From assembly GCF_000711695.1 (NCBI RefSeq), contig NW_013547019.1:310001-374000 (forward strand): DNA of 64,000 nucleotides, in the 5' to 3' direction. The DNA comes from Tilletiaria anomala UBC 951 (lineage: Eukaryota). Below the pieces are notes generated by a model that was not told the DNA's origin, did no database searches, and saw only the letters and a program-made list of their open reading frames with translations. The position numbers and the translations under genes were made by a program. Positions 38,201-49,593 of the stretch are shown piece by piece (position 1 is the stretch's first letter; each line of letters begins with the position of its first letter).

Positions 38201-40306
38201 TGAAGAGCAACTCCGTGGTCACGTCAAGGCGATCCACGAAGTGCAAGAGATGGCAGAGCGATATCGGACGCGGGCCCCTCAAATTGACGTGGACATCGAC
38301 ACGGCGACAATGGCGATCGAAATCAGCAAGCAGAGGCGCAAAGAGTCCGAGAAGCAGCTGCAAAGGTTGAGGTGCGATATAGCGTGAACATTGGTGGACT
38401 TTCTGCTGCTGACTTGTGGTTGCCCCTTTCCCTGGAGCAGATCTGAAGCAGAACCCGACGCAGCAGAGGCAGCTCGGATCGCCGCACTGGATCAGGTCAT
38501 CGCCAAGGCCGACTCAGAGATCGAGAAACTGTCTGGAAAGACGGCTTCCATTGAGTCGGCGATTGAAGCTTTGCAAGAGAAAATTCTCGAAGTCGGAGGC
38601 ATCGAGTTGCGAGCGCAGAAAAGCAAGGTTGATGGTATTGTGCAAATGATCGAGCTGAACACAGAAAGGATCACGAAAGCGGAAGTGGGTAAGGTCAAAG
38701 CCGAGAAAGATATGGCCAAGGCCGAAGGCTTGGTGGCCGAGCTGGAAACAAGTCTGCAGAGCCTTGAAGCTGATCTGCAAGAAATTGGTGCAGAGGTAAA
38801 GGGCACTGGCAAAGAAGCGAACGCTGTGCAGGCCGCCGTGGACGACGCACGTCATCTGGTAGCAGAGAAGCAAAACCAGTGTGAAACCTTGCAAGAGCAG
38901 ATCGAGGCCCACTCTGATTCCATGAATGCCTTCCGCGCCATTGAGGTGCGTCGTATAAAGAAATCACCTTCCCGTTTCCTGCTGCTGACGCACACGTTAC
39001 CTTCTCATAGATGGAGATCAAGCAAAAACTGGAAGACAATGAGCGTTCACTCGCTGACAACAGCAAGCGTCTCGCACATTGGACTGACAGGCATGCATCC
39101 CTCGTTCTTCACGAGCTGGACGACTCGGAGGACGCCAAAGATGAGGAGGCGGATGTCGCACTTGAGCTCGTCACATATCCAGAAGATGATCTCGTCGCGA
39201 TTGACAAGGAGAGCATCAAAGCTGAGATTGTTCTTTATGAAGGTGAGCCAATATACAGGCAAGAGGCTGCCTCAGTCCGACTGCATCACTTAAACATATT
39301 TTCGGAATACTCGCAGAGCGTTTGTCCAAGGGACACGGTAACCTATCGATTCTTGAAGAGTATCGCAAGCGAGAACAAGATTTCCTTAAGCAAGCTCGCG
39401 AGCTTGAGGCAACGACGCATGCCCGAGACAACGCCAAGGAGCAGTACGACGAGCTGCGCAAGGAACGCTTGGAACGCTTCATGGCCGGCTTTACGGTCAT
39501 TTCTAGTAAGCTCAAGGAGATGTACCAGACGATCACCCTAGGCGGAAACGCAGAGTTGGAGTTGGTCGACAGCTTGGATCCCTTCAGCGAAGGCATCATC
39601 TTCAGCGTCATGCCGCCGAAGAAGAGCTGGAGGAATATCAGCAACCTGTCAGGAGGAGAGAAGACCTTGAGCAGTCTGGCGCTAGTGTTCGCGCTTCACG
39701 CTTTCAAGCCGACTCCGCTTTATGTGATGTGAGTTCTAGCAACTCGGCGCGTTTTGGAAGGGACTGACAACTTGGCATGCGTGTAGGGATGAGATCGACG
39801 CTGCCCTTGATTTCCGAAATGTCTCGATCGTCGCCAACCTCAGTAAGTGCCTCGCTCAGCCAAAGTCCCGATGAACATACTGGCTAATGCCTTCTCTAAC
39901 TTATAGTCAAAGAGCGAACGAAGAACGCGCAATTCGTGATCATTTCTCTGCGCAACAACATGTTTGAGCTAGCCTCCCGTCTCGTTGGTATCTACAAGAC
40001 ATCTTCAATGACCAAGAGCTGTGAGTGCTGGCTGTTTGTTTCTACATTACTACCGGACGGCTTAAGCTCACCCCACTCTCTTTTGCTTCGACAGTGACGA
40101 TCGAGAACAAGGACATCAACCTTATCGGGCGGTCGCAGCAGCCACGAGCAAGTCATCAGGCCCATAATTCGCAAGGACGAAGCCTACCAAAGAGCTCAAC
40201 GCCCTCCAGTGCTGCTCCTACACCTTCTAAGAAAGGCGCAAATATGAGCTTTAACGAAAGCGACATGCTGGCCACGCCCTTAGCCGTGCGTCACAACTTG
40301 CAGTAG
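35274..40306 (+). CDS. SMC4: Condensin subunit SMC4 (multi-exon)
   Basis: FKSYAGRQEIGPFHKSFSAVVGPNGSGKSNVIDSLLFVFG, FLILQGEVESIAQM, hinge GRLGSLGAIDEKYDIAISTAC, PPKKSWRNISNLSGGEKTLSSLALVFALH...PTPLYVMDEIDAALDFRNVS. Confidence 0.97.
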
Positions 40307-40453
40307 CTAGAACGTGTATTTCTTTCCGGTCGTCAGGATAAGTGCCACGATAATTGCGTGTAATTTATGACTTGTACGAAAAGGAGAATGCCCTAAAGCC
40401 CAATGCCTTCTTCACCTGGTCTGCGAACAAAGGATACAAGTTCGTGGGTATCG

Positions 40454-41824
40454 TCATGTGCTTCTGACATCTTCCCTCTCGTCTCCTTCATCCGCTGGCA
40501 TCAGCAGCTGCATGGGATCTATGTGGCGACATCAATCAGATGAGACCACTCTTTGACGGTGCAAAATCAGCAGCTCACCAAATTTTTTCATCTTCCCGGC
40601 TTGCCGGCGTTCCTCCTCATCTGCCACCACCTGCTTCCCAGCCTTGTCTATGTCCTCATGATCTCTGCACCGTTTGTAGATGTCAAGGACTGGCCCGTTG
40701 AGCTCTGGGAAACTGTGGCCCCAACCAAATTTGCTGAGGATGAGGTCGGCGCTGGCAGGCTCATCGCAGATGTACAGAGCAGCTGCAAGCTGAAGAGAAT
40801 TCAGACACATGAACATTTGTTGCCAGTCAGCATTTGAGATTCAAGGGGGTTGTTCGTGATACGCTCACCGCTTCTACACAGTTGAGTTTGAGCGGCTTGC
40901 CGTAGTTGACAGGATTCGCAGCCACCAAGCGAGGGACTAAGGAGCAAAGCCCAGTGGCAATGTCAGTCCAACCTCAATCATTTTCGCATGTAGCGCACAT
41001 GACCGCGGGCATGACGCACGTAGCCGTTCATGTGGCGATTTGATCTTTCCGAATGGCACTTCATCCAACCTTGCCCAGCTCGCTTCGACGACTGCAAGGC
41101 CATGCTGTTCGATGATATCCTTGTCTGCAGGAGACACGGTCTTTGTTGCGTTTGGCCTGAGAGCAGATCAACATCATCAGCCATTCCGAAGTCTAACGGT
41201 GCTAGAAGACGAGACTAACGTTAAGACCACACCACGGAATCGTTGCCCAATCTTGAGCTCTCGCATGAATCCGAGCCGTGCAAGCTTGCGTCCAGAACAT
41301 CTCTTCGGATCGCAGTGGCCGAAATCCTGTTAGTTGAGACGATGGATGGAATATGAGAAAGTATCCTGCAGGGAAAAAGGGGCAAGTGCATGCAGTCCTT
41401 CGACCATGTTACGCACCCACATGGCTAAAGGAATCTCAAGGTTGTCTGGTCCTTTCACAGCATCGTCGCTCTCTTCACCGCTCTCGTCCTCAGAAGTTGC
41501 TCCAACATAGCCATCGAGCTGCCGTTGCTTACCCTTGGCTTTCTCGCTTAATTCGCTACAGTCGGACTGAATCTCTGGGTCTTCTGTGAGGAGAGCAAAG
41601 CATATAATGCAGTTGCGTCAGGATGAGGCGCCGTACGCAACGTTGAATACTCGCAAGCCCTAACCATCTGCTTCTGCGGGGTCGTCTATCGCACTGTCTG
41701 GCCGCCAAGAGCTTTCTTGCATGTACGCCTGATGTCTTGTCGACCCACGGCCGCCGCCTCGACCCCTGCTGATTTTCCCTCTTGTCTTCCCGCCAGCGCC
41801 TGCATTATTCTTTGGCTTCCCCAT
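40454..41824 (-). CDS. TSR3: 18S rRNA aminocarboxypropyltransferase TSR3
   Basis: Spliced [30 protein letters not shown]...[45 protein letters not shown]. Confidence 0.95.
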
Positions 41825-42366
41825 TATGGCGCTAATGCGAGTCGCGAAGTATCCTGGCGAGAGGCAAAGGAAATCGTTCCCTCCCCTGCCCCACGTCTGC
41901 GAAGATCCGTACCAAAATGCCGCCGCAAGACGAACTGCAAATAGTGCACAAGCCGATGAGCTACTCCAGCCTCCAGTATTCAGCTGTAGGACGTCCTGAG
42001 GCGGATTGAATTGCCACACGCAATGCTTTGATGTACAGGGCACAGATCATTCATTCCCTATGATCGCACAAAGTGGACGATTAGCTGCTGTCTCACTCTC
42101 ATTTGTCTATCTTTCTGCTGAAGATGGGGGCGGAACACGAATTTCTGATCGAAAAAAATGCGAAACGAAAAATAGAATGTGCCCTTCACAACATTTTATC
42201 TACTGTGAGGTTGATCGCATGTGGCATGCATGTGGCATGCTGAAGACACAGACGTGGACGAGCTTTCAAAGAGCTTTCTTCCCGTGCATGCTGTGTAGAC
42301 GCAGGGTGCGGATGCGGGCCGCTCGTAGATAATCAAGAACACCAAGGTTGTGGGCTGTTCTCGGTG

Positions 42367-45200
42367 ATGAGTGCCACAGCATCTGCGTCCTGGCTCGCCC
42401 GACGTTGCGGTCGCATGACCACCGTAACATGGTCATGTTGCTGTCGGCAAGCCTTCCTGGCCCGCCCTTTGCGAAGATGGGACAGCCACGACACCACAGT
42501 GCGATGGCTCACCTCGTCCGTCAGCCGCCGACAATTTGCTGCCCTTCAAGAGCACGAAGAACAGGTCGAACATGCTGAGCATCTCGACGTTCCTGCGCCA
42601 TCGGCACCGAGCCTCTTGACTAACACAGACTCAATTAATGATAAACCGACATTGAAAGACCTCTGGAAAATCAAGCCGAGGATCCGTTCAGAAGAATCCA
42701 TCCGACACATGTCTCTAGATGGTCAGATGCGGTATCGTCAGAAGGTCTGGACCACAGCTCTCAAAAGTATCCAGAGCAGCTTCACTGTAGCTCAGCTACG
42801 GTCCATGGCGGTCGAGGCGAACTTGAAAGGTCCAAAAAGCACGCTCAAGAAGGCCGAAATAGCACAAAGGATTGTCAAAGAAGTGTGGAAGATCCAGGAC
42901 CCAGAGGAAGCAAAGGCTGCACATGCGCGTGAAGAGGCCGAGGTCTCTGACTCGGAGATTGAGATCGATCTCTCCTGGCTCGAAGGAGCGTTGTTCAGGA
43001 TGCACAGCAGCGCTCAAAAAGAAATTGAGGGGAAGTACCGAGTCTCGATGAGGTTACTCGAGGCGGAAGTCACCCAAGTACAGGTGAAAGGCTCGGAACA
43101 AGCTGTGACGGCTGCGGCGCAGGAAGTTGACGCTCTATGTCAGGTGCGTGTCACTAGTCGCTGTGCCCATCTTGTGCGCCATTCTGACTCGCAGCTTTAC
43201 TTTCCTCACGTTTTAGAGTTTGACGGGGACACGTGTGATTCTCGACCTATCCCGAGCAACAAAAGCATCAACGGCCACGGACATCCCCACTTCTGTTTTA
43301 GGCGCAGTCATGGTAAAGTCACTCTGCCTCGCGCTACCGCAGTCCGCCGAACTCTCAGAGAGCACGACATCAGAGGACCCGGGGGAGGTCCCACTTCGGT
43401 ACGAGCTGACTGGGAGAAGCGAAGCCGCTTGCAGTCATGCTGCGGCTCTCCTCCGGTCCTACTTACTCGATGTGGCCATATCACCCACCAGTTCCGCTTT
43501 CTTCTCCGCCGCCACCGTCGAGGCCGTTGGCTCTGATCAGCCAGTGCAATATCATCTCTCTCCCACTACAATACCATCAGCAGCGCCATGGACTAATAGC
43601 CTTCTTCTCGCCTCCTCTTTTAGCCAAGGTCACCGCAACCCTCATAACCTGGCCAGACCAGCGACGTCACCGAAAGGCAATGGCACGGATGCACTTTCGC
43701 ACGCAAGGATCGTTCGCAGCCGGAACCGTGTGGAGGAGATGACGCCAGTCACCTGGGAGCGGACCGCCAAGCCGCCTTCACGTCTCTGGTCACCGTCCGC
43801 CGAGGGCACCCTATCGAATCTATTTGACACTCAAGAGGCGGAGACGCTGTGGCCGCCAAATGCTCATCCAGAGTGGGCGCGTGGCGGCAAGTACACAGCC
43901 ACGTTTGGACACTTGCTGCACAGCCTTCCAGAGGACTCTGCGATTGGCTTTGGGCAATCTAAATTGCTGCCAGAATTGGTATCGCACCTGCCTATACAAG
44001 ACCGCGTCTTTGTGCCGATGACGCCTCCATTGATGACCGGACAGACGGCGCAATTCGACAGCTTGGTCGTCAACCGGTGGAATCAGCTCGAAGATCTCAT
44101 CCGATTGGTGTACGTCACTGAAGATGGCTCACGAAGACTCATTGTGGAATTTGAGAAGCAGGATGTCGAGCAGGAGCAGCGGCAGGGTAGCCTTTCCAAA
44201 GCTCTGAATGAAGAGAGCCAGACAAAGTCGAACTTGATGGATTCACTTTCAGATGTGTTCGGTACATCCAGACAGGAGCCTCGCTGGCAGCTCAAAGTGG
44301 CGCACTGGGAGGCGAGCGAGGTGGTAGACGTCCTTGCGCCTGAAGGGTGAGCCAACTGCGATGCTGTCTCTCTCTCTCTCCAAATCCCGGTCTGATTACA
44401 TTTTGACTGCTCATTCAGCTCTGTCGATGTGCGCTGTACCCGACAATGGCAGGAGGAAGCCGACGTCGATGCAGCATGGTTTGACAATTTCCTACAAGCT
44501 TTTGGAGAGCAGGAGGCGTCCAATGCGCGAGCCGGCGTCCTTCTGCCGACCCCTTCCTCCGAAGAGAGGATGCGCAGGGACCGACCTCCCGGCACCGCAG
44601 CTCCAGCTCCAACAATAGCTTCGCCTCCTTGCGTCCTCTCCGCCACCTTTGAGGACAGCGCCGGCGCCACGGCTGCTGCATCACGAGAGGGAGAACGAGA
44701 AGAAATGAAGCTGCTCTCGTATGCGCGGGTTCTGCGAAAGACCTGGCGCTTGCTGCCGGACAAGTCCATATCGCCCGAGCTGGACGCGCGGCAGTTTGGC
44801 TTCATCCCCGCCGAGTTGCCGGCAGGAGCCGAGGTTGACGTGGTCGACCGCGTCACGGACGATCGGTACGAGCGCTTCGCGGTGCGGGAGCAGATCGTCG
44901 AGCCTGGCGAGCTGCATGCGCGGGTCGAGACGCGGGTGAGTACCCGCGATGTGCCTTGCTCCTTGTTGGCATGCCGTGCTGATCCATCCGCTACACTCCC
45001 TATCGTGAATCTCACAGCTCGAATGGCATCCCATCAAGAGCGATGTCGAGGCCGAGGGCGAGAACGGAGCAGCCGACTCTGCGTCTGGAACTTCCCCTAC
45101 CTCTGACGGGCCTCTGACATGGCTGATGATGCGCAAAGCGCTGGACAACTGGCTGGAGAGCAAGTACAGCAATCTGTTCGAGGGGCGCGGTAACCGGTAG
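42367..45200 (+). CDS. Probable mitochondrial protein, possibly SLS1-like (3 introns)
   Basis: Arg-rich, acid-poor N-terminus. ORF fragments join by GT-AG introns near 43144, 44348 and 44936. Segment SSFTVAQLRSM...KKAEIAQRIVKEVWKI resembles the SLS1 N-terminal domain pattern (recalled, not searched). Confidence 0.6.
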
Positions 45201-45373
45201 TAGGAATTGTGGAAGCGGCATAATATGTCTTTTTTGTCTTTTCAAGAGCGAGCTACTTTTATAGAATGATTACCCTTGTGACGCTACACAATGACATCTT
45301 CACTCTATTCGACTATGTCCACGACCTTTTCCCTCTTGAAACTCTTCGCGTCCGGCACACGAAGGAGGGCTGT

Positions 45374-46847
45374 TCATGCGCTCGTGACGGCGTGGAGGGA
45401 CTTGGCGAGATGCTTGATGTTGTGCGGTGTGATGCCGGCGACGCTGATGCGACCGTCCTTGGTGAGGTAGACGTGATGCTCGTTGACGAGCTTGGCGACC
45501 TGTTCGGGGGAGATGCCGAGGAAAGCGAACATGCCGATCTGGTTGGTGATGTGGTCCCAGTTGAGCTTGCTGCCGTTCTCGTCGACGAGGAGGCTCTTAA
45601 GCTGCGCACGCATGCCGTTGATGCGATCCGCCATGTCCTTGACCTCTGCGAGCCACTGCTGGTAAAGCTGCGCGTCGGCGAGGATCGTGCCGGCGATGCG
45701 CGCGCCGTGAATCGGCGGGTTGGAGTACATGGGCCGCACGATGATCTTGAGCTGCGAGTCGACACGTGCGCGCTCGTCCGCGTCGGCGGTGACGAGCGAG
45801 AAGGCGCCGACGCGCTCGCCGTACAGTCCCATGTTCTAAGAGGGAGGGGGAGTGAGGAAGAAAGGGATGAGCTCAGCTCACCAAATCCAAAACGGGAAGG
45901 CCTGACGACAGCACAGCCGGGTAACGCACCTTGGCAAAGGACTGGGACAGGGCGATCTCGTGGCCCTCGCTGACAAAGTGGCGGACGGCGAACGCGTCGC
46001 GGTCGGTGTCACCGCTGGCAAAGCCTTGGTAGGCCATGTCAAAGAATGGAAAGTGCTCCTTCTCCTTGACGACCTGTGAGATGTGCTTCCACTGCTCCTG
46101 CGTCGGGTCGACGCCGGTGGGGTTGTGGGCACAGGCGTGGAGGAGGATGATGGACTTGTTCGGCGCGGCCTTGATGTCAGCGATGAGGCCGTTAAAGTCG
46201 AGCCCGACAGTGTCCTTGTTGTAGTAGCGGTACTGCTTCACCTCCAGCCCCGAGTCCTTGAAGGTCGGTGTGTGGTTGCCCCACGAAGGCGTGGGCAGGT
46301 AGATCGTCTTGGAGTATGGGTAGTGCCGAGCGAGGAAGGCACCGCCGATGCGCAGTGCGCCGGTGCCCGAGATGGACTGCGTGATCGCCACGCGGTTCTC
46401 TGCAATCGGCTTGCTGTCAGCGCCGTACGCGAGCTTGGCGGCGTTTTTGGTAAAGTCGGCCAGACCGGTAATTGGGCCGTACTCCTTGTCGCTCTTGGAG
46501 GCGATGACGCGCTGCTCGGCCTACACGCAGCAAAGGAAGGTGAGCAGGTGGAGCAATAAATTGCAAACATCTTGCAACGAGGGTGAGACGAGACTGACCT
46601 CGCGAACGGAAGGCAGGACATACGGCTTGCCGTTCTCATCACGGTAAGCACCGACGCCAAGGTTGATCTTGCGCGGGTCCTTATCCGCCTTGAATGCCTC
46701 TGTCACACCGAGGATTGGATCGGGCGGGCCGGCCTTGACGCTGGCCCATGTCGAGGCTGCTGCGGCGCGAGCGACGGGGAGGGTGGCGGCGCGGACCGCC
46801 GTGGTTCTGGACGCCAAAAGGCTGCGACGTGCGACGGTTGCAATCAT
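45374..46847 (-). CDS. AAT1: Aspartate aminotransferase, mitochondrial
   Basis: Presequence [30 protein letters not shown]...[46 protein letters not shown]-lysine motif [16 protein letters not shown]. Confidence 0.96.
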
Positions 46848-47032
46848 GATGCTGACACCAAGATTAATGCGTGCGTGCAGTTCACGTTTGACGGTGGTAC
46901 GTTCTGCAATGTTCCTTTCATCCCCGAGGATGGGGGCCTGGGCGACGGACTTGCTAAACTTTGTTGTTGTTGCTCTACCAGCTGTCTCTCCGCTACATTT
47001 CTTCGAAAGAAGAGCGGAGTTGTGTTGTGTGA

Positions 47033-47050
47033 CTCTCTCTCTCTCTCTCT
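47033..47050. repeat. (CT)9 microsatellite
   Basis: Read directly; lies in the divergent promoter upstream of AAT1. Confidence 0.9.
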
Positions 47051-47239
47051 CCCTCAGAGAGTCCCACAGTCCCTCGGCGTTCTCCAGATTCTCATTCACA
47101 AATCAGATGAAAGAGGTCGCCGGTGTCGGAAAAAGCCGGGGTGTCTCTCGGCGACTAATCACACGGGAAAGACGCCGACGATCCCCACATTGCGTCAGGC
47201 ACTACCTCAATAGGGTGGTCTGTGCTCCGACTATACAGA

Positions 47240-49177
47240 ATGGCAGAGCGCCCCCCCCGGAGGTCAGGTAAGCAACGCAATAATCCTTTCTGGTGAAGGT
47301 AGGGGCCCCTTCCCGCTCGCGCGCCCACACGTTTCCAAGCTCGAAGCGTGCAGGCAGCACGACAGACGGCGCGCCGCCGCACCCACAGGGAAGAAAGGAC
47401 TGGCAGTCATGTGCAGGGAAGGCGTGGAGACACGCAGCACGGGCGCAGCTGACGCAGAAGGCAAGGGCAAAGGCAAGGCCGCCGCTGCTGCTGCCAGCGA
47501 TGGCGACCGGCCAACGAACAGTGCCTCCACAGCCAAGACTGCCGCCACGAGCTCGCAGAGAGATAGGCACGCGTGGGCGTCCCCGCCGCCCAGTGGACCG
47601 GGCATGCTACAAGATCTCGCCCAGACGCTCGCCTCCGCCGTTAACGGCAAGAGCGGTGGCGCGGCACGGCTCGATAGCACTCACGCCGCCACTGCTGAAT
47701 TGGCGAGAGCTAGCTCGAGCCGCGCTTTCGACACCGCGGCCGGGGGTACTGCTATACGTGGTGGATCGGGGAGTACATTCAGACTGCAGCAGCCGCAGGT
47801 CGGCTCAGACACGGAAACGGACGCATCGTACGCTGCCTTCGCCGTAAAAACGGCAGGAGGAGATACAGGTGTAAGGACGAGCACTAGCTCGACTCTGCAT
47901 CCGACTACTTCCTCCTTCCTCTCACTCGACCGGCACAGTGGCGAAAGCAGCGCCGCTTCCCGAGTCCAGCTCGCCGCGCCAGGCATATACAGCTCCTCAG
48001 GGGAACTCGACGCGTCCTTGCATGCGTACGTCCGAGCTTCTTCGCTGTCAGTCTTCTCCTCTCTTTTCGAAGAAAAAGAAGAAGGAAAAGAAGAGCAAGC
48101 GGACTCGCTCGCGGACCAATTCTATCAAAGCGCTGTGTTGGATGGCAAGCATGACGCGAGAGGCACGGAAGCGGTAGCGGAAGTGGACGCATCTTTCGAG
48201 CATGTCTGGGCCGCGCATTCTGCAGGAACACAGGCGCCTCCTGCGTCTTTGTCCCACACCGTCGCGCCGGTATTCTCAAAACCTGGAGCGGGCCATGACG
48301 AATTCATGTCGCTCCTAGCGCAGGAAGAAGCACAGCTCGGGCCCGTCTCGCAGGAGCCATCCGGTCTGATTCATGACTTGGCCGTCCCGTCCTTGCGCTC
48401 TCCTCTATCGCCGTCGCCAGCGTTGGCAGGCGGTGAGGAACGCCCAGCGCCGCGCACACCCAGCCAGTTCTTCATGCGGCATGTTTTTCCCCGCGGGCAC
48501 AGCAATGCAGCGGCCATGACCAGCGAGCAGTACAACCTGCACCTCGCGCTCGACGCGCAGCAGACAGCGCAGGGCGCAGATGCCGATCCGGCGCGCCTTG
48601 CGGAGCGCATCGTTCCACCTGATACCAATGCCGCGGCGCGGAAAGGCGTCTATGCGCTCACGCCTGAAGAGGCTTTCAGGCATATTTTGCAGGGCACAGA
48701 ACTGCAACAGACGCAGCAGGAAGGAGCTGCCACAGCGCCTTTACGTTCCGTTGCATCTGAGGTGGAGCGGCTTAAACGGCACCTGCCTCGTGAGACGTAT
48801 GTCGACGTGAGTCTCCCACGTTTCCACATCTATGGAGAAAAAGTATATTGATGCTGGAGATCGCGCCTCCCCCCATGCAGCAAGTCTATGGTCTGCCCCC
48901 GCTGCTCGCCAAAATGCTGCAGGAAGCCGAGATGCCGTCGGAGCCCGAAGAGTCGCAAGAGACAAAGGGTCGGCGTGCCCTCGCAGTTCGGCGCTTGCAA
49001 GCTCTGCGTCGGCATCTGGAACCGTCATTGCCTGGCCCATCAACGGCGGCCGTGTCGACGTCGCAGACTTTGCCTGTGCAATCTTCTCACTCTTCCACTG
49101 CGACGCCGCAGAGGAAGGCGGCCAACGTCTGGGAGATGGAATCGTGGATGCGCGCACACATCGATGCGGGTAACTGA
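47240..49177 (+). CDS. Hypothetical low-complexity protein
   Basis: 480-codon ORF (47409-48851) spliced at ~48808-48880 to QVYGLPPLLAKML...RRALAVRRLQALRRHL. A possible short first exon MAERPPRRS (47240-47267) splices in frame. Start uncertain. Confidence 0.7.
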
Positions 49178-49593
49178 CCCAACGCCATGCGCCTAGAATT
49201 TGGTTCGGCGTCTTTTCCTTTCACTGAGCTTCATGCTCTTTCTGTTGTATTGTGTACGATCCTTGGCCCCAGCTTGCCCGAAGCAAAGTTGCAAGTAATA
49301 GATCCGACAGCACGACCGATAGAAATACTGGAATATGGATACATGTCTTTTTCAATAGAGCGCGTGGGCGCGTGTGCCGCGGGTTGTTGAGCTACAGGCG
49401 GTCCGTCCAGCGGGCTGCAGGCCTACGCGGCAACAGGTGGTGGTTGTGATGCGCTGTAGCTGTGACTGTAGCTGCCTTTGTTTCCCTAACCTGCTTTAAA
49501 ACCCCAGATAAATCTAAACTGTCCACATAGCTGCAAAGAGACGATTCGGAGCGAAATCGAAAAAGGGTAGTAAAACGCGCGCCGGTTCGTGCG

